This document shows positions 1 to 8,240 of a DNA stretch of 64,000 nucleotides, piece after piece. The stretch lies in IMG/VR virus record IMGVR_UViG_3300027754_000042, one strand, 5' to 3'. The translations under genes were made by a program, and so were the position numbers. How positions within the stretch are numbered: the first letter of the stretch is position 1; each line of letters begins with the position of its first letter. Origin of the DNA: a virus. The notes below the pieces were generated by a model. That model was not told the DNA's origin. It did not search any database and worked only from the letters and a program-made list of their open reading frames with translations.

Positions 1-627
1 ATGCTCATCAAGACATACTATCAGTTCATGGATTATATGATTGAGAAAAATCGTACCGACAATATCACGATAGATCTCTTTACGAATTGTAGTGTCTATA
101 ATCCTTTGTTCATGGATAGGCTTCTTCAGTTCAAGCGTGTGAATTTCACCATGAGCATTGATGGTGTAGGACGCACCGCCGAGTATCAGCGACATGGAAC
201 GAAGTGGGATGTGGTAGAAAAGAATGTGCTGCAATTCGTCACGATACCAAGACGAATATATTTCAACACAGCTATCAGCCCATATGTGCTACTAGACGTT
301 TCTAGTCTAGCCAAATTCTTGATGCAGTTGTATGAACTCAATAACGATATTCTCACTAGATGCTATGCTGTCATTAGCCCTAGAACGTTGCATTTTGAAA
401 ACATGAATAACGATTTGCGCGAAATGGCGTATAAAGAAATAGATAAAGCTGTTGAGATACTGACTCCTACGAACTTCGACGTATTCAAAAAAGAAATCCT
501 AGGGATAAAGCATCAACTACAAACAACACAACCGAAAGACCCTGATCTATTCGTTCGATATACTCGCACATTAGATACGATCCGTAACGAAAAGTTCGAA
601 GACGTATTTGGGTATAAGCTTTACTAA
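1..627 (+). CDS. Radical SAM protein, C-terminal part (5'-truncated by window edge); paralog of 7012..8196
   Basis: Aligns by eye to the C-terminal half of 7012..8196 (FTNCSV.NPLF.DRL.QF, MSIDGVG..AEY.R.GTKWDVVE.N, TLDTIRNEKFEDV.GYKLY); the CxxxCxxC motif would lie upstream of the window. Confidence 0.8.
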   Translation: MLIKTYYQFMDYMIEKNRTDNITIDLFTNCSVYNPLFMDRLLQFKRVNFTMSIDGVGRTAEYQRHGTKWDVVEKNVLQFVTIPRRIYFNTAISPYVLLDVSSLAKFLMQLYELNNDILTRCYAVISPRTLHFENMNNDLREMAYKEIDKAVEILTPTNFDVFKKEILGIKHQLQTTQPKDPDLFVRYTRTLDTIRNEKFEDVFGYKLY

Positions 628-694
628 ATAAGCCGAGTTCGTTATGCTACTGATGAAGTTAATTCGTCTGACATAGCATAAGGAGCTCATAAAA

Positions 695-2719
695 ATGAAA
701 AAGATAATGGCGGCTTTGGTCGCCCTATTTGCGTTTGTGTCTGTTGCACAAGCAGACAGCGTCCTAATCATCGACGCAGGTTATAGTACAGTGACAGCAA
801 ACGTCAAAGGACGTATCGAGGCAGCTGGACATACGACAACTGTCACAACCGACGTTTCACTTATTCCGACTGCGACTAGCACATATCAACAGGTATGGGA
901 CCTAAGATATAGTGCTGCTTTGACTGCTGGCGAACAAACAAACTATCAGGCGTTCGTAACGAATGGTGGTTTCGCTTACTTCGTAACTGAAAATCCTGGA
1001 TGCTGTATGAGCCGTAACAACTCAGTTGCGGCTCTTATCACCGCACTTGGTGGTGGTACAACCACAATCGGTGCTAACTATAATACTGCTGCTGACGTAG
1101 AAAGCAATGTTAACACAAAGTATATGACTTCTGGTATCACTGTTAACTATGCTGCTGTTTCTGCTATTATAAACAGTCAAGGTATTCCACTTATTCAAGA
1201 CGGAACTGGTGACGTATCTGGTATGTCTTGGATTGGTCGTGCTGGTAATCTTGGTCAGGGTGTGACAGGAACTATCGTCACTGTTGCCGATACCAACTGG
1301 CTTGATAATGTTCGTTTCAGTACAGCACAAGGCGCTACAGTTGCGCAACAACAAAACGTAACTGCTCTTGATGATATCATTCGTGGTATCGTTGCTGGTA
1401 CAGTTGCTGGAACTATTAGCGCCAACGGTAACGGTGCTGGTTCTCAGCAGCAAAATCAAGCTCCAACAGTAGTAAGCACAGCACCTGGAACTCCAAAGGT
1501 AACATCTAGTGCTGCTAACGGAACTGCAGTCGTAAGTTCTGCTTCAACACGAGGCACAACTGCTTCAGTTTCTAATGCAACAACTGGAGTCACCACATAC
1601 GCAGCGAGCGCTCGTGATGCAGCAGTTAAGAATGCCACCGCGATTAATGTGACAAGAACAACAACTGTTGTAGGTACAACTCCTAGAACAACTGTTACAA
1701 CTGCTACGACTCCAATCACTACTGTTACGACAACAACCACACCAAGAACCACAACTACTGTGACGACTCCTGTTACAGTAACAACCTACTCTGATGGTTC
1801 TACTGTTTCGACAGATGGTACGCCTGTAACGACAACATCAACAACAAACGTAGTCACGACAACAACCACAACAACCAATGAAGTCGTAACAACAACTGTT
1901 AGAGATAATATCGTTCAGTCTGCTTCATCCGATCAATCTCAAGGCGTATCTGCTACAGCTACTCGTGATGCCATTCGCGCACGAAACATGAATCCATTCC
2001 TAGTGGATCCGCTTTCTACTCAGGATGGAGTATGGGCTGCACCTTTCTATCGTTCTACTCGTAGTGGTGGAAACGTAACTGCTCAGGGTGCGTCTGCTGG
2101 TTGGCAGAATACAGTTGATAACAACTCATTCGGTTTCGCACTGAGTGGTGATCGTGGTTCTGTTAACGGATTGCCTGGATCTACTTCTAACATCGAATCA
2201 TACTCTGGCACAGCTTATGTGTTGATTCGTGACGATATGCTATGGTATAAGGCATCGGTCGGTTATGGTCGTAGCACCTATCTAACCAAGACCGAGATTC
2301 CTACGTTCGCGCTCGTGAATAACTCCACGGTCCGTCAGAATAACATCTACGCTGACTTGGGAGTATATGCAGCGAATACGTTCGAAGGATTCCGTCCACT
2401 TGCTGGCGTTATCATCAATCGTAGCGAAATCAGCGGCGTAGAATCTGGTAGTGCTTTGCTTTCTACCCTGCCTCCTAATGGTTCGGAAACGAAAGTTATG
2501 CCATACATAGGTACACGTTACGAACTCAGCAAAGAGTTTGCCTACGAGTTTCGTGCTATCCAAACGCCAGACTACAAGACGGTTCTTAGCAATCGTGGCG
2601 TAGTCAGCGGGAATATCACCGAAAATATTTCTGTAAATGCAACGATTGGGTTTGACAAATCACTAAAAGAGAAGTATAATAACTTCTATGGAATGGTCGG
2701 TCTTAAGGTATCATTCTAA
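695..2719 (+). CDS. Autotransporter-like outer-membrane protein (signal peptide, passenger, Thr-rich stalk, C-terminal beta-barrel)
   Basis: Sec signal MKKIMAALVALFAFVSVAQA; long T/V-rich stalk; amphipathic C-terminal strands ending in a BAM-type terminal Phe (MVGLKVSF); RBS AAGGAG. Confidence 0.75.
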   Translation: MKKIMAALVALFAFVSVAQADSVLIIDAGYSTVTANVKGRIEAAGHTTTVTTDVSLIPTATSTYQQVWDLRYSAALTAGEQTNYQAFVTNGGFAYFVTENPGCCMSRNNSVAALITALGGGTTTIGANYNTAADVESNVNTKYMTSGITVNYAAVSAIINSQGIPLIQDGTGDVSGMSWIGRAGNLGQGVTGTIVTVADTNWLDNVRFSTAQGATVAQQQNVTALDDIIRGIVAGTVAGTISANGNGAGSQQQNQAPTVVSTAPGTPKVTSSAANGTAVVSSASTRGTTASVSNATTGVTTYAASARDAAVKNATAINVTRTTTVVGTTPRTTVTTATTPITTVTTTTTPRTTTTVTTPVTVTTYSDGSTVSTDGTPVTTTSTTNVVTTTTTTTNEVVTTTVRDNIVQSASSDQSQGVSATATRDAIRARNMNPFLVDPLSTQDGVWAAPFYRSTRSGGNVTAQGASAGWQNTVDNNSFGFALSGDRGSVNGLPGSTSNIESYSGTAYVLIRDDMLWYKASVGYGRSTYLTKTEIPTFALVNNSTVRQNNIYADLGVYAANTFEGFRPLAGVIINRSEISGVESGSALLSTLPPNGSETKVMPYIGTRYELSKEFAYEFRAIQTPDYKTVLSNRGVVSGNITENISVNATIGFDKSLKEKYNNFYGMVGLKVSF

Positions 2720-2794
2720 GTCGGAATAGCTCAGTGGTAGAGCCCTCGTCTCATACGCGAGTGGTCGCTGGTTCAAATCCAGCTTCCGACACCA
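2720..2794 (+). tRNA. tRNA-Met (CAT), probably elongator
   Basis: Acceptor GTCGGAA/TTCCGAC, anticodon arm CTCGT-CTCATAC-GCGAG, T-loop TTCAAAT, encoded CCA. Confidence 0.9.
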
Positions 2795-2798
2795 ATAA

Positions 2799-2875
2799 GC
2801 CCGTATGGTCCAACTGGTAGAGGCGACCGACTCAAAATCGGTATGTTGTAGGTTCGAGTCCTACTATGGGCACCA
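2799..2875 (+). tRNA. tRNA-Leu (CAA), short variable arm
   Basis: GCCCGTA/TATGGGC acceptor, ACCGA-CTCAAAA-TCGGT anticodon arm, TTCGAGT, ACCA end. Confidence 0.9.
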
Positions 2876-2878
2876 AAC

Positions 2879-2950
2879 GCTACTGTCGGTGTTGTTGGGA
2901 AACACAGATCGACAAGACTAGGACGCCGTTCGAATCGGCACAGTAGCACT
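2879..2950 (+). ncRNA. tRNA-like element with degenerate anticodon arm (8-bp acceptor, 4-bp T stem)
   Basis: GCTACTGT/ACAGTAGC stem, D-like stem GTGTT/AACAC, T arm GCCG-TTCGAAT-CGGC; no proper anticodon stem, no CCA. Confidence 0.6.
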
Positions 2951-2951
2951 T

Positions 2952-3027
2952 CCCGACTTGGTGTAATTGGTAAGCACGCCTGATTGTGGATCAGGAAGTT
3001 CTGGTTCGAGTCCAGCAGTTGGGACCA
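2952..3027 (+). tRNA. tRNA-His (GTG)
   Basis: CCCGACT/AGTTGGG acceptor, CCTGA-TTGTGGA-TCAGG, discriminator A, CCA. Confidence 0.9.
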
Positions 3028-3041
3028 CTATATAACTATGA

Positions 3042-3117
3042 GCCGTCTAAGCTAATCTAGTGAAAGCGCCTGCCTGAAGAGCAAGAGAGCTTGGAGCGTA
3101 ACCAAGAGACGGCACCA
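3042..3117 (+). tRNA. tRNA-Phe (GAA), atypical T-loop
   Basis: GCCGTCT/AGACGGC acceptor, anticodon loop CTGAAGA, T arm CTTGG-AGCGTAA-CCAAG, ACCA. Confidence 0.8.
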
Positions 3118-3132
3118 TCCAAAGGATTCGTT

Positions 3133-3885
3133 ATGTTCACATTTTTCCATCGAAGTAAAACAATCGAAGTTAATTGTTTTACGCCAAACAATTTTGCTTA
3201 TGAATATGCTCCGATAGTTCGAGGCACTAAAGCATTTCCTGATTGGTGGAAAAAGCTTCCTATCGGTGATGCAGCAAACGATATAGAATATAAAGAAACC
3301 AAAAAGAACATGAGAAAATGTTATGGTTTCATAGAGTTGTACAAAAGAAGTTTAGTCATTCCTTCATGGACCGACTTACATTATAAGGTCACTCCTGATA
3401 AAGGATACAATTGGTTAAAGGGTTCCCATTCTGCTAATTCTCCTCAAGAACACGATAAGATTCAGTATCAAGGAGGATTCGATAACTACTATCATACTAA
3501 GCTAATGAGCCCTTGGTATATCAAAGAATCCACAGGAATTCACTTTTTATTTACTGCCGCATCATGGAATCTTGAGAATTACGATTTTACTATTCCTCCA
3601 GGTTTGTTAGAGTTTTCTGTAAATCATGGAACTCATGTCAATATGTTTTTACCTAAAAAGAAACAAGACTATTCTTTCTTTATACCTACAGGTAAACCTC
3701 TTGTGCATCTGATACCTTTGGATGAAAAGGTTAAGATAAATCTTCGTTGTCATTTACTGACAGAACAGGAATTCAAAAAACTTGAGGTGATACCTGGTAC
3801 TCTAGCAGGTGTGTATTCTCTCCATAGTCTAAAGAAACAGCAGAATGAAAAGAAATGTCCTTTCGGTTTTGGGAAATCAGTATAA
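3133..3885 (+). CDS. Hypothetical phage protein (aromatic-rich, ends KKCPFGFG)
   Basis: Long ORF; ATG at 3133 follows AAAGGA; the longer TTG start overlaps tRNA-Phe. Confidence 0.7.
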   Translation: MFTFFHRSKTIEVNCFTPNNFAYEYAPIVRGTKAFPDWWKKLPIGDAANDIEYKETKKNMRKCYGFIELYKRSLVIPSWTDLHYKVTPDKGYNWLKGSHSANSPQEHDKIQYQGGFDNYYHTKLMSPWYIKESTGIHFLFTAASWNLENYDFTIPPGLLEFSVNHGTHVNMFLPKKKQDYSFFIPTGKPLVHLIPLDEKVKINLRCHLLTEQEFKKLEVIPGTLAGVYSLHSLKKQQNEKKCPFGFGKSV

Positions 3886-3888
3886 ATA
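3881..3888 (+). promoter_or_regulatory. T4-type late promoter TATAAATA
   Basis: Exact gp55 consensus just upstream of the 3895 ATG. Confidence 0.65.
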
Positions 3889-3894
3889 CGACGA

Positions 3895-4542
3895 ATGAAA
3901 CGGATTGCTCTTTTCCAGCACCATCCAGAATGTTCCGAGCAATGCTGCAACGGGATCATAAGAGCGTTATCTCCGCAATATGAAGTGAAGTTGTTTACGG
4001 TTCAAGATAATCTTGATGAGGTGCTAAATGACGTGGATGGGATTGTTTTTCCTGGTGGCATTGGCGATAGTGATTCCTATTTCGATTTCTTTACACGTTC
4101 TAAAGCTAACAAAATCGCATCGTTTATTGCTAGAGGCGGTAGGTATATCGGCATTTGTATGGGTGCTTATTGGTCTGGGCCTAGATATTTTGATTTTCTT
4201 GACAGGATAGATGCAGTTCAATATATCAAGCGACCAACGGCTGAGATACGCCGAAGCTATGGCACGGTTGCTGATATTGAATGGCTTGGTCAAAAAGAAA
4301 AGATGTTCTTCTATGACGGTTGTGTCTTTACAGGCAGTGGATATTATGATACTATTGCCAAATATGCTAACGATGAACCGATGGCAATCATTCAAGGCAA
4401 TCTTGGTCTGATTGGTTGCCATCCTGAGAGTGAGGAATTTTGGTATGAGAGTCCTTATCAGTATCTTGATGGATATTGGCACGATGGTAAACATCACCAG
4501 TTGCTACTAGATTTTGTGAATAGACTTTGGAGAGTTGGCTGA
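3895..4542 (+). CDS. BPL_N / class I glutamine amidotransferase-like domain protein
   Basis: VFPGG, GGRYIGICMGAY nucleophile elbow, GCHPE. Confidence 0.8.
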   Translation: MKRIALFQHHPECSEQCCNGIIRALSPQYEVKLFTVQDNLDEVLNDVDGIVFPGGIGDSDSYFDFFTRSKANKIASFIARGGRYIGICMGAYWSGPRYFDFLDRIDAVQYIKRPTAEIRRSYGTVADIEWLGQKEKMFFYDGCVFTGSGYYDTIAKYANDEPMAIIQGNLGLIGCHPESEEFWYESPYQYLDGYWHDGKHHQLLLDFVNRLWRVG

Positions 4543-4618
4543 GTGGCCTAAAGCACTCGTTTGCTAAATGAGCGAAGGTGAAAATCTTCCGTGAGTTCGA
4601 ATCTCACACTCTCCGCCA
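4529..4618 (+). tRNA. tRNA-Ser (GCT)
   Basis: GGAGAGT/ACTCTCC acceptor, loop TTGCTAA, long variable arm, GCCA end. Confidence 0.9.
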
Positions 4619-4619
4619 T

Positions 4620-4627
4620 TATAAATA
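4620..4627 (+). promoter_or_regulatory. T4-type late promoter TATAAATA
   Basis: Exact consensus between tRNA-Ser and tRNA-Trp. Confidence 0.6.
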
Positions 4628-4638
4628 GGTTGCTAATT

Positions 4639-4712
4639 ATCGGTGAAGTGTTACGGTAGCACATCAGTCTCCAAAACTGAGGGCCTGGGTTCAACTCCTA
4701 GCACCGGTGCCA
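4639..4712 (+). tRNA. tRNA-Trp (CCA)
   Basis: ATCGGTG/CACCGGT acceptor, TCAGT-CTCCAAA-ACTGA, GCCA end. Confidence 0.9.
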
Positions 4713-4721
4713 AGAATGGAC

Positions 4722-4872
4722 CGAGAAACTTTAGTTGGAAGAAATCGACTGCGGGTGGTTCCGCTACGATCCGAAAAGTTCTCGCCTCATGGGTTCTCAC
4801 TAACCAGAGAATCCTTCGTTTGAGGGAGCTGTAAAGGGGCAGCAGGCAAGCGTAGGAGATACGCACCCTTGC
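4722..4872 (+). ncRNA. Candidate structured ncRNA of unknown class
   Basis: Consecutive complementary stems fill the spacer between tRNA-Trp and tRNA-Ser (see finding). Confidence 0.45.
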
Positions 4873-4879
4873 TTATAAC

Positions 4880-4971
4880 GGAAGTGTGGCAGAGTCTGGT
4901 TTATTGCTCTAGTCTTGAAAACTAGCGTGCCTGAAAGGGTACCGTGGGTTCGAATCCTACCGCTTCCGCCA
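4880..4971 (+). tRNA. tRNA-Ser (TGA)
   Basis: GGAAGTG/CGCTTCC acceptor, CTAGT-CTTGAAA-ACTAG, long variable arm, GCCA. Confidence 0.9.
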
Positions 4972-5028
4972 TATCATGTTCGATATGTTGTTGATGACAT
5001 TTTTGTTTGATGCAACATAGGAGCAAAA

Positions 5029-6774
5029 ATGAAAAGACTACTAGCAGCCGCTGCAATATTGTGTGCGTCGATTACAGCACCATATGCACAAACGCTACCA
5101 TCAGGTTCAATAGGTACTGTTACAGGCAATACAAGAAACACATGGCAACCATTTACCTACACGTTTACTCCATCAACAACTGGAGCAAACTTTGTAGGTT
5201 TTGCCTTTCGCGAAGACCCAGCATTCTGGACATTTGACAATGTTACTTTGACCGCTGCTGGTTCAACCACAAATCTTCTAACTAACGGAACATTCACTAC
5301 AGGTGGTCGTTTTAGCGTAACAACCAACAATGGTGTTTCTAACATGCAAGCCCCAACAAACTGGGGAGTTTGGTATCAAAATGGAACATATCCTGCTGCC
5401 GCTGGCACTTGGACTGATATTGGGGGCGCTCATGGTGGCGTATGGTATGACGGCGCTGTTGGGTCGTTTGATGGCATTTACCAAGGTGTGGCTCTTACAG
5501 CTGGCACCACTTACACTATTGCTTTTGAAGTCTCTGGGAATAACACTTCTAACGGTAATTCTATTCAGCTTGGCGTATATGGCGGCGCTTGCTCAACTGT
5601 AAGCATCGCACCTGACCAGTGTACTATCCCATCATCTGTTGGCTTTACCACACTAGCAACTCCATCACAGGGTGCAGCGGCTGGTAATCCAACACCACCA
5701 CCTGTCACTCTCGTTAGTACAGCCAACGCGCCATCAACCGCAACATCCTCAACCGCATATGGAACATCTGTTGTTGCTTATAATGTTGCTAATGCGAGGG
5801 TAAATTCTGGTCAGTGGATTGCAGTAACACGCACCACAACGCCAGTGACAACTCGCCCATATACCATTACCACAGTGACAACACCACATGCGGTAGAAAC
5901 ATATAGCGATGGCACTACAGTCACAACTAACGGAACAGCATTGACAACAACGCAAAATGGTGCTACGATAACAATCGGTCAATCAGTAGCGCAGACTGCA
6001 TCTGTGTCTGGCGTATCTCTAAAGGATTCTATTGCGGTTCGCAATTTCAATCCATTCTTGGTCGATGCTCTATCAACTAAAGATGGTGCATGGGCTACGC
6101 CTAGCTTGGGTTATGCGAAAACAAGCGGTTCATTCCGTATCAGTGGGCTATCATTTGGCTATCAGACAACCGTTGAGAATAACACAGCTGGTATTGCTGG
6201 TAATATCTCAAAGACTGAAAACAGTGGATTCGTAGGTTCATCTTCTAGCTCCGACGCATACGCGGGTACAGCTTACTTTCTAACAAAGCAGGAAGATGTT
6301 TGGGTCAAGGGTGCAGTTGGTTATAGCACCGCTGAATATGCCACGACAACATCGTTGCCAGTGTTTGCACTTGTGAACAGTAGCACCGTGAAGACAAGAA
6401 ACTACTACGGCGATATCACATTCTATTCCGCTAAGGAGTTTGAAGGATTCAGACCACTTGTTGGTGTCGTACTAAACAAGTCTGAGGTAATATCACAGGC
6501 CGAAGGTGGTAGTGCATTGCTATCCACATTGCCTGGTGTTGGTTCTTCATTTGAAGCAAGACCATATGTCGGTATCAGATATGACATCGACGACGTTTTC
6601 GGTGTAGAAACGAGAGTGACACGTTCCAGAGATTTTGGTACTATCGCGCAGATACGCGCAAGCGCGAAGATTGAAATCGTAAAGGACGCATATATAGAAC
6701 TAACAGCAGGAGCTGATAAAGGTTCTAATTACACCGGCGCAGTTGGTATGATTGGATTGAAAATCAACTTCTAA
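5029..6774 (+). CDS. Second autotransporter-like outer-membrane protein, paralog of 695..2719 with a different passenger
   Basis: Signal peptide; shared motifs TYSDG(S/T)TV.T.GT, RN(M/F)NPFLVD.LST.DG.WA.P, FEGFRPL.GV, GS ALLSTLP; ends MIGLKINF. Confidence 0.75.
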   Translation: MKRLLAAAAILCASITAPYAQTLPSGSIGTVTGNTRNTWQPFTYTFTPSTTGANFVGFAFREDPAFWTFDNVTLTAAGSTTNLLTNGTFTTGGRFSVTTNNGVSNMQAPTNWGVWYQNGTYPAAAGTWTDIGGAHGGVWYDGAVGSFDGIYQGVALTAGTTYTIAFEVSGNNTSNGNSIQLGVYGGACSTVSIAPDQCTIPSSVGFTTLATPSQGAAAGNPTPPPVTLVSTANAPSTATSSTAYGTSVVAYNVANARVNSGQWIAVTRTTTPVTTRPYTITTVTTPHAVETYSDGTTVTTNGTALTTTQNGATITIGQSVAQTASVSGVSLKDSIAVRNFNPFLVDALSTKDGAWATPSLGYAKTSGSFRISGLSFGYQTTVENNTAGIAGNISKTENSGFVGSSSSSDAYAGTAYFLTKQEDVWVKGAVGYSTAEYATTTSLPVFALVNSSTVKTRNYYGDITFYSAKEFEGFRPLVGVVLNKSEVISQAEGGSALLSTLPGVGSSFEARPYVGIRYDIDDVFGVETRVTRSRDFGTIAQIRASAKIEIVKDAYIELTAGADKGSNYTGAVGMIGLKINF

Positions 6775-6781
6775 AATATGA

Positions 6782-6856
6782 TGGGAATTAGTTAAATTGG
6801 TATAACGGGGGATTCTGACTCCCTTATTCGAGGTTCGAGTCCTTGATTCCCAGCCA
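6782..6856 (+). tRNA. tRNA-Gln (CTG)
   Basis: TGGGAAT/ATTCCCA acceptor, GGGGA-TTCTGAC-TCCCT, GCCA. Confidence 0.9.
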
Positions 6857-6860
6857 ATAT

Positions 6861-6935
6861 GGAGCCATAGCAAAACGGCAATGTGCGGGACTGCAAATCC
6901 TTGAGGTCCCAGTTCGAATCTGGGTGGCTCCTCCA
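6861..6935 (+). tRNA. tRNA-Cys (GCA)
   Basis: GGAGCCA/TGGCTCC acceptor, loop CTGCAAA, U73 discriminator, CCA. Confidence 0.9.
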
Positions 6936-6937
6936 AT

Positions 6938-7011
6938 GCGGGTATGATGTAATGGTAGCTTGAAACCTTGCCAAGGTTTATGCAGCGGTTCGATTCCGCT
7001 TACCCGCTCCA
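6938..7011 (+). tRNA. tRNA-Gly (GCC)
   Basis: GCGGGTA/TACCCGC acceptor, AAACC-TTGCCAA-GGTTT, TCCA. Confidence 0.9.
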
Positions 7012-8196
7012 TCAATATAGCTTGTAACCATAAACGTCTTCGAATTTTTCATTTCGAATGGTGTCAAGTGTCTTCGTGAATGAGATGAAAAGGTCTTCTC
7101 TTTCAGGTTTCGTTTCAAGCATATGAGCCTTGATAGCAAGAAGCTCCTTCTTGAGAACATCAAAATTTGACGGATGTAGAATTTCTATCGACTTATCAAT
7201 CTCATTCATAACTCTTGCGCGAAGATCATTGTTTAGGTGTACCCAGTGAAGAGCATACGGTAGAGTTACCGAATAGCATCTTGTCTGCAAGATTGGGTTG
7301 ATATCATAAATCTTCATCAAAAACTCAGCTAGATTTGCAAAGTCTAAAAGATTATACGGGCTGATAGCAATATTATAATGCAAATTCCATAATGGAAGCT
7401 TTGAAAATTTTATGAAGTTTTCTTCAACCACATCCCATTTCGTACCTTTTCTATTGTACTCAGCAGCTTTCCCAACACCGTCGATGCTCATTACGATTCT
7501 AGCTTTTTCAAATTGCATTAGCCTGTCTATGAAAAGTGGATTCCACACACTGCAATTGGTAAACATTTCCAGTATCACTTTTTTATGATACCCATTTTCA
7601 ATCATGTGATCCATAAAATCATAGTACTGCTTTATCAGCAATGGTTCTCCACCTGTAAAACATACAGTTTTGACATTATCTAATGACAGTTTTTTTAGTT
7701 CATCGAAATTGCTTTCGGACGTGTTTGTGAAATCTCTGAATTTAAATTGTGTGTAGTTTAAAAGGACTGGGTATTCTTCTACTTCTTTTTGCCATTCAGA
7801 ACTTGAATCTGCATTACACATTCTGCATTTAAAATTGCAAAGATTGCTCGCTCGCAATTCGATACGAACGATTTCTGTAGGATCTTCTGCGTTAAAATCT
7901 GATGATTGTCTATCTTCTCCTAGTCCATAACCATAGTTCCCAACACCCATCATTCTAATTTCACTTTGTCTTGAACTTTTAAGCCCACGCTGTTCTTTTT
8001 TCCAACAGACTTCGCAGTTCTTCGGAACTTTTCCTTCTTTCAATTCGCTTTTGATGTTTGCAAGCCAATCGCTTTGCAAATAATCAATCGGTGACATTGT
8101 TTGTTTTTCCAAACTTACATGACACGGCGACGCAGTATTTTCATGGTAGTACAATCCTGTCCAGGGAGCGGGGCAAAAAAAATCATCGCTTGACAT
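7012..8196 (-). CDS. Radical SAM protein with N-terminal Cys cluster (twitch/SPASM-like)
   Basis: NLCNFKCRMC (CxxxCxxC), FTGGEPL, N-terminal FCPAPW...PC...CEVCW. Confidence 0.85.
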   Translation of the reverse strand: MSSDDFFCPAPWTGLYYHENTASPCHVSLEKQTMSPIDYLQSDWLANIKSELKEGKVPKNCEVCWKKEQRGLKSSRQSEIRMMGVGNYGYGLGEDRQSSDFNAEDPTEIVRIELRASNLCNFKCRMCNADSSSEWQKEVEEYPVLLNYTQFKFRDFTNTSESNFDELKKLSLDNVKTVCFTGGEPLLIKQYYDFMDHMIENGYHKKVILEMFTNCSVWNPLFIDRLMQFEKARIVMSIDGVGKAAEYNRKGTKWDVVEENFIKFSKLPLWNLHYNIAISPYNLLDFANLAEFLMKIYDINPILQTRCYSVTLPYALHWVHLNNDLRARVMNEIDKSIEILHPSNFDVLKKELLAIKAHMLETKPEREDLFISFTKTLDTIRNEKFEDVYGYKLY

Positions 8197-8218
8197 AAAT
8201 AATCTCCGAGTGTATAAT
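8190..8218 (+). promoter_or_regulatory. Consensus sigma70-type promoter
   Basis: TTGACA (8190)-17 nt-TATAAT (8213) upstream of tRNA-Leu; the -35 box overlaps the start codon of the divergent radical SAM gene. Confidence 0.8.
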
Positions 8219-8240
8219 CTTACTCTATATAGTAGCTAAT

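Noticed and set aside
3091-3132. TTG start extension of the 3091..3885 ORF
   Set aside because: Lies inside tRNA-Phe; the ATG at 3133 has an RBS
4722-4784. Hammerhead ribozyme reading of the three-way junction
   Set aside because: CGAAA is present but the CTGANGA core is missing
4643-4866. ORFs 4643..4834 (+) and 4651..4866 (-)
   Set aside because: They overlap tRNA-Trp and the structured spacer, with no RBS or protein-like features
6700-7015. Minus-strand ORFs over the Gln/Cys/Gly tRNAs
   Set aside because: Antisense translations of tRNA genes
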